A stretch of 64,000 nucleotides of DNA, taken from positions 10,314-74,313 of the forward strand of contig LJUY01000007.1 in the NCBI GenBank assembly GCA_001304015.1. The letters run 5' to 3'. The notes under the pieces were generated by a model. The model did not search any database. It was not told the origin of the DNA and saw nothing but the letters and a program-made list of their open reading frames with translations. A program made the position numbers and the translations under genes. Within the stretch, counting starts at the first letter, position 1. Every line of letters begins with the position of its first letter. Source of the stretch: a candidate division Zixibacteria bacterium SM23_81. Lineage in GTDB: Bacteria > SM23-81. Below, in pieces: positions 48,460-57,726 of the stretch.

Positions 48460-51400
48460 CTATTTGATGATGGCGAACTTGCCAATTTTCTCTCCGATGT
48501 CCGATTCGATGTGGTAGATATATATGCCGTAGGCCACATCCATATCGTCCTTGGACAGCAGGTTCCACGATTCAGAGCCGTCCCAGAGATCTTCCTCGTG
48601 TTCGATAACCCGTACCAGGTCCCCGGAGATAGTGAAGATCCGAATGGTGCACTTGCGGGGCAGATGAATGAAGTCGATGCGACGCTCTCCGCGGCCGTGG
48701 CCGGGAGGGATGTCTGGGGGCAGCGTTTCCCATTTGGCCGCGCTGACATATGGATTGGGCACCACCTTGATCTGATCCAGCAAGTTTTCGGTGGCGCTGG
48801 CCGTGCTGGCCATTTGAGTGGTGAAGGTGAACTGATCCTCAGTCGTCAGCGGCTCGGCGATCTCCACGAAGGCCACATCCCCCGCCTGGGGGTCGATTTT
48901 GGTCACGATGGTGTCAACGGGACCGATGATAAAGCTGTCGGGTTGGAAAATCCAGATGGTGTCTATCACCACCGAGTCCTCTGGGGCTGTGAAGGTGATT
49001 TCCCAGGTGCCCTTGGGCGTGGTGCCCTGGTAGATCACCGGCAGAACCTGATCGCGGGAGGTAACGTAGGAATCGGGGTCAAAGTCGCCGTCTTTGTCGA
49101 AGAAGATGAAGTCGCTCTGCACATCTTCGCTGACGTTCCAGACCTGGAATTTAACCGGTTGCGGTTGGACGATCTGGGAGGTGTCAACCACTGTATCGAA
49201 GAATCGGATCTCGTAGTCAGCAGGATAAGGGACACCGCCGAATGGATAGAGCTGTACCGACATATCGTAGTTACAGTCACCCACAAGCCACGCGTGCAGG
49301 CTATCGATGGCATCGATATTGTCTATCTCGTCTATGGTCACATCCAGCCCGTCAAAGATGACCTGCTGTCCCTCCAGGCTGGCACTATTCTCTATTATAA
49401 CCGAATCTCCAAGACTTTCGTCCAGAACTGAGAAGGTCATCCAGGCGGCCGTGGTGTCGTCGAAGGTGATCCGATATGAGTGGCCGGTGATCTCCTGCGG
49501 ATCTAAGACCTCGATAGATATGGCGGCGTCGCCGTTACCCTGATGGGTCAGTTGCAGGATCTCCGGGGCCACGTAGCCCAGGGGTTTGGCGTTGGGGACC
49601 ACGGAGACGACGTTGGGCTCGGTGATGAGGTCCGGATTCTTGATGGCCTTGGCGCACTCCACAGGGGGAATCCCATCGACAACACTGCCAATGTCGTAAG
49701 AACAGATGGCGTAATAGTAACGGATCCCGTTGGTTACGTTGCGATCCATCCAGGAATAGGCCAAGCCGGTATCGTCGCCCATGTAATAATGGACCCCTGA
49801 GCTTTTAGGATCGGTAGCCTGCTTTCCCAGGTGGTCCAGGGGATGTGAACCTAGGACGCTGTCCACCAGATCAAACTGGGCTATGGGCTCCCAGTAAACC
49901 TGCACCCCTCGGTTATCTGTGATGGGATTGCCCCAGGTGGCTCCCCGGTCTGTGCTGCGGTATATGGTGTAGCCCTCGAAGTCAGGTCCCAGCAGGGGGT
50001 CCACCGATTTCTCAGCAATATTGTCCCAATATAAAGTTACCTCTCCGTCCCCGGCCACAGCGGTCAGGTGCGGCGTGAAGGGAGCCTTGGTGAATTGGTA
50101 ACCCAACTCGTAGATGGTCTGAGCTATTTCGGCGTTGTTCCACAGGTCCACGCTATCGGCCCCCACGATGATGGCGATGGACATGGGCTGCGATTCCCCT
50201 GGCTGTAGGGAGAAATAGCCCGAGCCGAAGAAGAAGACGTTGTCACCTACGGGAAAGGTATCCGAGAAGCTACCCGGGGTCAGGGCGATCCAGCCCGTGG
50301 AATCGTTGCCGGCATAGTAGGGACTGTTGTAATCATAGCTCATCATGCTGGTCATGCCCAGGTAGTCACTCTCGTCGATGTCTCGGATGCCGAAGTCGGG
50401 CTCGCCTTGGGAGGGTTGTCCGTCACCTTCTCCTTCGTCCCCGGTTCCAGGAATGCCATCGGCTCCAATATCGTCTGATAGCTCGTCCACATCGTTGGTG
50501 TCCTGCTGGGCCTCCTCGTCGGTGAGGTCCCAGTCGCCGTCCTCATCTTGGTCGTTATATTGCGATTCGTCGACCAGCCCGTCGCCGTCGTTGTCGATGC
50601 CGTCATGATCGTTATAAGGGCTCTCCAGATATTTGAATCCGATCCAGCCCACATCCCCCGGGAAGTTGGGGCTGGTATTATCAGTGTCCCAGCTATACAC
50701 AAAGTTGTTCTCTTTCTCGAAGTCGACCCCGTCGTCGGCGAAGTCGGGATAACCGCCCACATCCAAATCTACAAAATAGCCAGCCACCACCTTATCCAGA
50801 GTCCTATAGCCCATGTTTTTGATCTCGTAGACGAAGAAGATGATGTCCTCGGCGATGGCCGCTGCCCATTGGTAGCCCCGGGAGCTGATCTCGATGGCCA
50901 GCCCCTGGAGATCATCGTCATCGGGATAATAATCATAGATGCCGGCGGCGTTGCCGCCGCCCTCGCCGGCGTTGTTGGCCTGATCGTCCATCACGAAGTA
51001 ACTCTCCTGATCGGCGGTGATAACTCCTTCGCCAAACTGACCGGGCCACACCTCCCACTCCGGTGGCCAGGTTGTGGGATCATCGCTCATGGCCGGACTC
51101 TCGTTGGGCAGCGGTGCGAAGAAGCCGGGGAGGGGCTCAAGATCATCATCGCCGCCGTCTAGTATGCCCTCAATGGAGCAGTGGACAGTGTCCCACTCGG
51201 CATTCACGCTGTCCCAGCGGACGAACTCGGCAGCGACGATGGGCCCAAACTCGTAGCCGTATTCATGGCCGCTGTAGGCCGGCCACTCGATGCGCGGCGC
51301 ATAGCGACCGATGGAGCCGAAGTTGGTGAACCGAGTCCTGACCCTGTTGCCGGCGTGAATGCCCGCCTTCCGGTCGGGATTCACCTGCATGCTCTTGAGA

Positions 51401-51537
51401 ACAGTTTCCGTCTGCTCTGCTGACATGTACTTCTGTCCTCGCTGACCGGCCCAAGTCTGTCCGAAGGGCAGAAATTGGAGACAGACCAGGACGGTGATCA
51501 ACAGAACAGAGAAGATCAAGAGTTTAAATCTTTTCAT
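48460..51537 (-). CDS. Large acidic secreted protein with Ca-binding-like repeats, Fn3-like domain and variant CTD
   Basis: Signal peptide; TNFGSIG, IEWP, DGIDNDGDGLVDE; LTAVAGDGEVTLYWD...DFEGY; C-terminal IKVVPNPY...GIYIYHI...GKFAIIK. Confidence 0.85.
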   Translation of the reverse strand: MKRFKLLIFSVLLITVLVCLQFLPFGQTWAGQRGQKYMSAEQTETVLKSMQVNPDRKAGIHAGNRVRTRFTNFGSIGRYAPRIEWPAYSGHEYGYEFGPIVAAEFVRWDSVNAEWDTVHCSIEGILDGGDDDLEPLPGFFAPLPNESPAMSDDPTTWPPEWEVWPGQFGEGVITADQESYFVMDDQANNAGEGGGNAAGIYDYYPDDDDLQGLAIEISSRGYQWAAAIAEDIIFFVYEIKNMGYRTLDKVVAGYFVDLDVGGYPDFADDGVDFEKENNFVYSWDTDNTSPNFPGDVGWIGFKYLESPYNDHDGIDNDGDGLVDESQYNDQDEDGDWDLTDEEAQQDTNDVDELSDDIGADGIPGTGDEGEGDGQPSQGEPDFGIRDIDESDYLGMTSMMSYDYNSPYYAGNDSTGWIALTPGSFSDTFPVGDNVFFFGSGYFSLQPGESQPMSIAIIVGADSVDLWNNAEIAQTIYELGYQFTKAPFTPHLTAVAGDGEVTLYWDNIAEKSVDPLLGPDFEGYTIYRSTDRGATWGNPITDNRGVQVYWEPIAQFDLVDSVLGSHPLDHLGKQATDPKSSGVHYYMGDDTGLAYSWMDRNVTNGIRYYYAICSYDIGSVVDGIPPVECAKAIKNPDLITEPNVVSVVPNAKPLGYVAPEILQLTHQGNGDAAISIEVLDPQEITGHSYRITFDDTTAAWMTFSVLDESLGDSVIIENSASLEGQQVIFDGLDVTIDEIDNIDAIDSLHAWLVGDCNYDMSVQLYPFGGVPYPADYEIRFFDTVVDTSQIVQPQPVKFQVWNVSEDVQSDFIFFDKDGDFDPDSYVTSRDQVLPVIYQGTTPKGTWEITFTAPEDSVVIDTIWIFQPDSFIIGPVDTIVTKIDPQAGDVAFVEIAEPLTTEDQFTFTTQMASTASATENLLDQIKVVPNPYVSAAKWETLPPDIPPGHGRGERRIDFIHLPRKCTIRIFTISGDLVRVIEHEEDLWDGSESWNLLSKDDMDVAYGIYIYHIESDIGEKIGKFAIIK

Positions 51538-51642
51538 CTTCTCCCTCCCTACTAAGTTTTAGAGGTATATGAAGGTACAGTTTTTGCTTATAATTTTTCC
51601 TCTAACCTTACCGTGAGCTTGATAGGTTTTGGCAGGATTTCA

Positions 51643-53340
51643 TTACCGAAATAACAACATCTTTTTTGTGCAGTATAGATTGCCCCTTTCCAAGCAGTAC
51701 AGATACAGTCCACTGGCCACTGCCCTCCCCGCGTCGTCGCAGCCGTCCCAGGTGACGAACCCCCAACCGTCCTCAACAGGTTGAATCTGCAGGTGCCGGA
51801 CCACCTGCCCCAAGACATTGTAGACCCGGAGGGAAGCGCCGGAGAGGTCCCCAGGAGGCAGCGAGAAGGGAATTTTGGTGGAGGTGTTAAAAGGGTTGGG
51901 GTAGTTTTGGCCTAACGAGAAAGCGAGTGGTACCCCTTCAGGCAGATATGCCTCAGCTATGTGCGTGACCACGCTCTGATGCTCGTAGATGGTCTGGGCC
52001 ACCTCGGCGTTCTGCCACAGATCAATGCTATCGGCTCCTACGACGATGGCGATAGACATGGGCTGGGACTGTCCCGGTTCTAGGGAGAAATATCCCGATC
52101 CGAAGAAGAAGACGTTATCGCCTATAGGAAAGGTCTGCGAAAAACTTCCTGGAGTTAGGGCAATCCAAACCGCGGGGTCGTTGCCAGCATAGTAGGGGCT
52201 ATTGTAGTCGTAGCTCATCATGCTGGTCAATCCCAGCTGGTCGTTTTCGTCCAGATCCCGGATCTCGAAATCCGGTTCCCCTAAAGTGGGCCAGCTATCT
52301 CCTTCGCCTTCGTCGTTTGTTTCAGGAATTCCATCAGCCCCCACATCGTCGGAGAGCTGATCCCAATCATTGGGGTCCTGCTGGGCCTCCTCGTCGGTGA
52401 GATCCCAGTCGCCATCATTATCCAGGCCGTCGCTCTGCGACTCGTCGACCATCCCGTCGCCGTCGTTGTCGATGCCGTCGTCATCGTTGTAAGGACTCTC
52501 CAGATATTTGAAGCCCACCCAGCCCACGTCACCGGTCCAGTTGGGCGAATGGTTATCCGTATCCCAGCTGTAGACAAGATTGTTCGCCCAGTCGAAGTCA
52601 ACTCCATCATCGTGGAAATCGGGATAGCCGCCAACGTCCAGGTCCACGAAATAACCGGCCACAACTTTATCCAGAGTTTTGTACCCGATGTTTTTAATCT
52701 TGTAAACGAAGAAGATCATATCCTCGGCGATGGCTGCAGCCCACTGGTAGCCCCGGGAGCTGATCTCAATGGCCAGGCCCTGGAGGGTGTCCGTTTCGGG
52801 ATAATAGTCATACATGGGATCAGAGTTTCCTCCGCCCGGACCAGCGTTGCTAGGCTGATCGCTCATCACGAAGTAGCTCTCCTGGTCGGCAGTGATCACC
52901 CCGGGTCCGAACTGCCCCGGCCATTCTGTCCACTCCAGGGGCCAGGTGCTGGGGTCGTCGCTCATGGCCGGGCTCTCGTTCGGTAGAGAGGCGAAGTAAC
53001 CAGGATAGGGCTCAAGATCGTCATCCCCACCGTCCAGGATACCCTCGATGGTGCAATGGATAGTCTCACTATCTCTGATGAACTCAGCGGCGATGATAGG
53101 CCCAAGCTCGTATCCGTATTCGTGACCGCTGTAAGCGGGCCACTCGATGCGCGGCGGGTAGCGCCCGATGGAGCCGAAGTTCGTGAAGCGAGTCCTGATC
53201 GAGTTTCCGTCGTGAATGCCCGCCTTCCGGTCGGGATTGACCTGAGAAATCGCCAGATCGGGGCTAGACAAGAGCAAACCTGCCAGAACGGCCAGCAGCA
53301 GAGCAAGTGAGAACACTTGTCTGGCTCCTGTCAATTTCAT
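51643..53340 (-). CDS. Paralog of the N-terminal half of the 1025-aa protein fused to a canonical T9SS-type CTD
   Basis: Near-identical blocks from QVNPDRKAGIH to AQTIYE, then QNYPNPFN...GLYLY...KMLLFR. Confidence 0.87.
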   Translation of the reverse strand: MKLTGARQVFSLALLLAVLAGLLLSSPDLAISQVNPDRKAGIHDGNSIRTRFTNFGSIGRYPPRIEWPAYSGHEYGYELGPIIAAEFIRDSETIHCTIEGILDGGDDDLEPYPGYFASLPNESPAMSDDPSTWPLEWTEWPGQFGPGVITADQESYFVMSDQPSNAGPGGGNSDPMYDYYPETDTLQGLAIEISSRGYQWAAAIAEDMIFFVYKIKNIGYKTLDKVVAGYFVDLDVGGYPDFHDDGVDFDWANNLVYSWDTDNHSPNWTGDVGWVGFKYLESPYNDDDGIDNDGDGMVDESQSDGLDNDGDWDLTDEEAQQDPNDWDQLSDDVGADGIPETNDEGEGDSWPTLGEPDFEIRDLDENDQLGLTSMMSYDYNSPYYAGNDPAVWIALTPGSFSQTFPIGDNVFFFGSGYFSLEPGQSQPMSIAIVVGADSIDLWQNAEVAQTIYEHQSVVTHIAEAYLPEGVPLAFSLGQNYPNPFNTSTKIPFSLPPGDLSGASLRVYNVLGQVVRHLQIQPVEDGWGFVTWDGCDDAGRAVASGLYLYCLERGNLYCTKKMLLFR

Positions 53341-53385
53341 CCACCTCCCTTTTTTAAAAAGGGATGAGGAGATTTATTCCATCTC

Positions 53386-56046
53386 CTAAAATTCCACCTC
53401 AAACCCCACCAGAACTTTTCGGGGTTCGCTGTAGAAGTGAGGTCTGTTGATGTAATCAAGCCGCAGCTCTTCTCCCCCTTCTTCGACCAGATTCTCGTAT
53501 GGATTAAGATTGTAGGTAGACCGACCGGTGCTGTCCCATACTATGATCTCGTTCTTGGCGTCGAAGAGGTTGTATACCCTCACGAAAATGGCAGTGCGCA
53601 GGCTACGGCCGTACACGTTTTTCAATATGAAATCCTTACGAGCGTTGAGGTCGAAGTTCAACTGGGCGGGCTTTCGCTCGCTGTTCTCCTCACCGGTCCG
53701 GTGTCCTTTGGAATCCAAGGGGGTATACGGGAGGCCGCTGCCGTACTTGCCGATGATACCCATGCCCCAATTGTCCGGCTGGCTGAGAGTCACGGACATA
53801 TTCACAGTGTGGGTTTGATCCCAGTCCAAAGGCACCACCTGTTTTTCCGGCTGGCGCCTCAAGTTGGCCGCCCAGTCGTCATGCTCGGCGTCGGGATCGG
53901 AGGCATTGCCCTCGGCCACCTGAAAGGTGTAGTTAATATCGAAGCCCACCAGCCCCCTCAGCCGCTTGGTCAACTCAACGGTTACGCCCTTGACGTTTCC
54001 ATAGTCTCTGTTGACGTATTGAAAATAGCTCTCTGCCGCGGTGAGCTTGAACCTCTTGGTGGCGATGAGGTTGGTGATGTCCTTGTAAAAACCGGTGACG
54101 CTCAGGGCCAGATCCTCGATCATCTCCTGACGGAATCCCACCTCGTAGATGACCGTCTTTTGAGGTTTCAACTCTCCGGGGGCAATCTCTTTGTCCCTGA
54201 GCTCCAGCTCAGAGTTGGTGTAGAGGTAATTGTAGGTGGGAATCTGGAAGAAGTGCCCATAGGAGAAGTACAGCACTCCCTTGTCGGAGATGGGGTGAGC
54301 CACCCCCAGGCGGGGACTCAGCTGGCTGCTGGCTTTCAAGGTGGCGATTGAATCTTCCTCGGGGAAGTCTTCGGTTCCATCCCTTCCCAGAGCAAACGTC
54401 CAGGCATCGGGGCTAAAATAATCGAAGCGGAGTCCAGCGTTGATAATCATGTCCTGCAGCTCGATCTTGTCCTGGATATAGGAAGCTAACTCATAAGGAC
54501 TGTGCCTGTAGTGGTTGAAGAAAAAGCGGCTGTCCCCGCTGATGTAGCTTTTAAAGGTAGGATCGATTTCAAACAGAGAGAGATCGTGATCGTTGAACTC
54601 AAATCCCGTCTTCATCTGGTGGGCTTGATTCACCTGGCTGGTCAGGTCGAAATTGTAGGTCCGACTCACAGTCCTCTGCCGGAACCACCAGCTGAGGATG
54701 CTGTTCTTCCAGAAGTTCTGGCTCTGGTAATCCCTGGATTCCGCCTGGTCGTAGCGAACGTCGTTGTAATCATCCCATAGGAAATATCGGTACTGCTGCT
54801 CCATGTAAGAAAGTTTTAGCGAGTAAAAAGTGCTCGGGCTGAGAGTATGGGTCAGGGAGAAGTGGCCTCGGTCGCTCTGACGCCTGCGGTTGTAGGTGCT
54901 CTCGGGTAGATATTTCCAGCGGTGGTCGTATGTTTTGTATTCCCGACGATACCCCAGGTAGCCGGCGGTGATTTTGATGGCATCTGTAAGGCGCCAGGTC
55001 ATCTTTCCGCTGAAATTTTTCCTCAGGTCTGGCTTCATAGGTACCCGTTCCATGAAATCGGCTCTGGTGGTGTCAGGCAGGATGTTCTCGAACTCATCTC
55101 GAATGGCCTTCTGGGAGTACTTCTTGAAGCCGTAAAGCCATCCATCGGTGTCCTCATATCGGCCCGATAGGAAAAAGCTGAATTGATCGCCCAAAAAGGG
55201 CAAGGGGCCGCCCAGGGTTCCCTGGACATTGAATTCGTTGAAGGGCTCGATATCGTCGATCTCCGGAAAGATGTCGGTGTGGTCGCTGACGTGGTCCCCG
55301 GTATAGGCGGCGATTCGTCCAGAGAGTTTCTGGCCTCCCTCTTTGGTGACGATGTTGACGATGCCCGACATAGCGTTCCCATATTCGGCGTTGAAGGTCC
55401 CGCTGACAGCCACCATCTCCTCGATGGCTCCGCTGTTGAGGTTCAGGTTGTCCATCTGCCCGGAGTACGGGTTCTTCACCAGGATGCCATCCACCATGTA
55501 GGCCACCTCTTCCTTACGTCCCCCTCGCATATGGGTGTTGCCAGAGATGTCTGTGGTCACCGCGGCCTGGGTTTCCAGGATATCATCCACCTCCTCCACG
55601 GGCATCTCCTGGATCTCCAGTGCGGTGGTGATGTCAGAGCTGGAGGTGACGTCCATACGGACCAGAGGACGCTCTGCCACCACAGTGATCACCTCGGCCA
55701 CGTCCAGAACAGTCTCCCTGAGGGAGAAGTTCACAGAGCTGGTCAGGTCGACGTTCACCTGGACGTCTGTCTGCTCCATGGGTGAATAGCCGATCATCTC
55801 GGCTCTGAGAGTGTAGATCCCGGCGGGCACGTTGAGAATGAAGTAAGTGCCGTTCAGGTCGGTGGACGCACCCAGGATGGTGCCCTGGACGAGCACATTC
55901 ACTCCCGGCAGCGGCCTTCCGTTGGCCGCATCGGTCACCGTTCCGGCGATCTTTCCAGTCGTGCCGGCCATCGAAATGGTTCCGCCTGCCAGGCTGATGA
56001 GGACTACCAAACCCATCAGGTTAATGAGTCTTACCACACGTCTCAT
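53386..56046 (-). CDS. TonB-dependent receptor with N-terminal carboxypeptidase-regulatory-like domain
   Basis: GTTGKIAGTV, plug HMRGGR...YMVDG, FNAEYGNAMSGIVNIVTKEG, SPRLG, YNLFD, PR...GFEVEF. Confidence 0.93.
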   Translation of the reverse strand: MRRVVRLINLMGLVVLISLAGGTISMAGTTGKIAGTVTDAANGRPLPGVNVLVQGTILGASTDLNGTYFILNVPAGIYTLRAEMIGYSPMEQTDVQVNVDLTSSVNFSLRETVLDVAEVITVVAERPLVRMDVTSSSDITTALEIQEMPVEEVDDILETQAAVTTDISGNTHMRGGRKEEVAYMVDGILVKNPYSGQMDNLNLNSGAIEEMVAVSGTFNAEYGNAMSGIVNIVTKEGGQKLSGRIAAYTGDHVSDHTDIFPEIDDIEPFNEFNVQGTLGGPLPFLGDQFSFFLSGRYEDTDGWLYGFKKYSQKAIRDEFENILPDTTRADFMERVPMKPDLRKNFSGKMTWRLTDAIKITAGYLGYRREYKTYDHRWKYLPESTYNRRRQSDRGHFSLTHTLSPSTFYSLKLSYMEQQYRYFLWDDYNDVRYDQAESRDYQSQNFWKNSILSWWFRQRTVSRTYNFDLTSQVNQAHQMKTGFEFNDHDLSLFEIDPTFKSYISGDSRFFFNHYRHSPYELASYIQDKIELQDMIINAGLRFDYFSPDAWTFALGRDGTEDFPEEDSIATLKASSQLSPRLGVAHPISDKGVLYFSYGHFFQIPTYNYLYTNSELELRDKEIAPGELKPQKTVIYEVGFRQEMIEDLALSVTGFYKDITNLIATKRFKLTAAESYFQYVNRDYGNVKGVTVELTKRLRGLVGFDINYTFQVAEGNASDPDAEHDDWAANLRRQPEKQVVPLDWDQTHTVNMSVTLSQPDNWGMGIIGKYGSGLPYTPLDSKGHRTGEENSERKPAQLNFDLNARKDFILKNVYGRSLRTAIFVRVYNLFDAKNEIIVWDSTGRSTYNLNPYENLVEEGGEELRLDYINRPHFYSEPRKVLVGFEVEF

Positions 56047-56131
56047 GGCGACTTCCCTCCCCAGTATTTATGTAGATGGTGTTCTCGATAGCCAGTGGTG
56101 TCGGTTAGAGAAATTTTACAAAGTCAAGCAA

Positions 56132-56160
56132 ATAATAAGTTCAACAACCTCCATTGTCAA
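56132..56160 (-). promoter_or_regulatory. Near-consensus sigma70 promoter of the TBDR operon
   Basis: TTGACA-17 nt-TATTAT on the minus strand, ~85 nt upstream of the ATG at 56046. Confidence 0.75.
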
Positions 56161-56265
56161 GTGTTTAATTTGGGGACTCAAAAGATTATCAAAGAGGTCG
56201 ATCAGGCTGCCGGGGAGTTCATCGAAAAGTGCCCCAAGTTCAGGCATGGGAGGAAAGAAATTGAC

Positions 56266-56294
56266 TTGCATTCAGGATTGGCTTGCATTATGTT
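56266..56294 (+). promoter_or_regulatory. Possible sigma70 promoter of the xdh-like operon
   Basis: TTGCAT-17 nt-TATGTT upstream of AAGGAG RBS and ATG 56356. Confidence 0.5.
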
Positions 56295-56355
56295 ATTTTT
56301 CGATTTAGAAATGCTGGAAATGTCGAAAAATCTATGTGTTGTTAAAGGAGTCGCT

Positions 56356-57210
56356 ATGTCAGCTTTGCGCGATTTCAAAAGGCCGAGTTCTGTCGCCGAG
56401 GCCGTAGCCATGGTTCGAGAGGGGCCCGGAAGGGGAGGTTTCATTGCCGGCGGCACGACCCTGGGATTGGCTCGGATGTTACCTTATGATTTTCTGGTGG
56501 ACATCACCGGCGTGGGATTAAACAAGCTTCGAAAGGTCGGCGATGGGATCCGTATCGGAGCTGCAGCTACCATCCAACAGTTGGCTACCTCCCCCCTGCT
56601 TCATAATTCCGGCCTCGAGTTCTTGATCCAGGCGGCCCTTTCTGTGGCCACACGGCAGATCAGAAACATGGCCACAGTGGGTGGCGACCTAGTTTCGGGA
56701 TACCCCGTGGCCGATTTGCCGGCAGTATTTTTAGTTCTGGACGCACAACTATCCCTGACCGGCTCCGACCGCATGGAACTTTCGCTGCGTGATTTTTTCG
56801 ATTCGAGAGTTTCAGGGAGCTTGAATGGCGCGCTGGTCACCGAGATCTCCTTTCCGGTCCCGCCTCAGGACAGCCGGGGCTTCTTCGTCAAGTTCGCCCG
56901 CACCGAGAATGACGTTGCCCTCATTGACCTGGCCTGCTTGGCGAGCTTGGAAGGGCGTCACTTTAAGTGGGTCCGAGTTGCCCTGGGTTCCACAGTCCTG
57001 CGGCCATCGCGCTTGCTGGCTCTCGAGGATTTTCTCAAGGGCAAGCCGGCGGAGGAGCAGGTGCTGGCTCAAGCCGCGAAGCTGGCCACTAAGGACCTGT
57101 CCATTCTAGACAATATTAGGGGCAGTCGGCCTTATCGTATGGAGATGATTCAGGTTTTGCTTCGCAGAGCTCTGCTGAACTGTGCCCAGAGGGGAGGTGG
57201 GGATAAGTGA
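56356..57210 (+). CDS. Xanthine-dehydrogenase-family FAD-binding subunit (CoxM/YgfM-like)
   Basis: RPSSVAEA, IAGGT, IGAAAT, QIRNMATVGG, RGSRPYR. Start ATG 56356 after AAGGAG; the track start at 56095 is over-extended. Confidence 0.9.
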   Translation: MSALRDFKRPSSVAEAVAMVREGPGRGGFIAGGTTLGLARMLPYDFLVDITGVGLNKLRKVGDGIRIGAAATIQQLATSPLLHNSGLEFLIQAALSVATRQIRNMATVGGDLVSGYPVADLPAVFLVLDAQLSLTGSDRMELSLRDFFDSRVSGSLNGALVTEISFPVPPQDSRGFFVKFARTENDVALIDLACLASLEGRHFKWVRVALGSTVLRPSRLLALEDFLKGKPAEEQVLAQAAKLATKDLSILDNIRGSRPYRMEMIQVLLRRALLNCAQRGGGDK

Positions 57211-57686
57211 AGATCCATGTCACCATCAATGGGGTCCCAACGGATGTGAAGGTTGCCCCCAACGAAAAGCTCCTGGATATGCTCAGGCGGATGGGCTACT
57301 ATGGAGTCAAATTCGGCTGCGGTCGTGGTGAGTGCGGAGTCTGCACGGTTATACTGGATGGCCAGGCGGTTATGGCCTGCCTTACCTTTGCAGCCCAGGC
57401 CCATAACAAGTCGGTAATCACCGTGGAGGGGATCGGCCAGCCAGGCAATCTCCATCTCATTCAGGAGGCCATTCTAGACCATGGGGCCGCCCAGTGCGGC
57501 TACTGCACACCTGGCATCGTCTGCTCGGCCAAAGCCCTCCTGGACGAAAATCCGCATCCCACCGAGGTTCAGGTTCGAGAGGCCCTGAAAGGCAATCTGT
57601 GTCGTTGCACCGGATATCAGAAATACGTGGAAGCCATCCTAGATGCAGCTGAAAAGTTGAGGGAAACGTCAGGGCGCTTGGAGTGA
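57207..57686 (+). CDS. Xanthine-dehydrogenase-family 2Fe-2S subunit (CoxS-like)
   Basis: GCGRGECGVCTV...C, QCGYCTPG, GNLCRCTGY. Confidence 0.94.
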   Translation: MKIHVTINGVPTDVKVAPNEKLLDMLRRMGYYGVKFGCGRGECGVCTVILDGQAVMACLTFAAQAHNKSVITVEGIGQPGNLHLIQEAILDHGAAQCGYCTPGIVCSAKALLDENPHPTEVQVREALKGNLCRCTGYQKYVEAILDAAEKLRETSGRLE

Positions 57687-57726
57687 AGGTTTCTGACCAG
57701 GGAAAGATATCGGGGGATAGGGGCTA

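Noticed and set aside
50107-53244. Diversity-generating retroelement (template/variable repeat) as cause of the duplication
   Set aside because: Repeat is >1.2 kb and coding in both copies, differences do not look adenine-specific by eye, and there is no reverse transcriptase gene in the window
56095-56355. N-terminal extension of the FAD subunit in the ORF track
   Set aside because: Covers the AT-rich divergent promoter region; the family N-terminus and RBS fit ATG 56356
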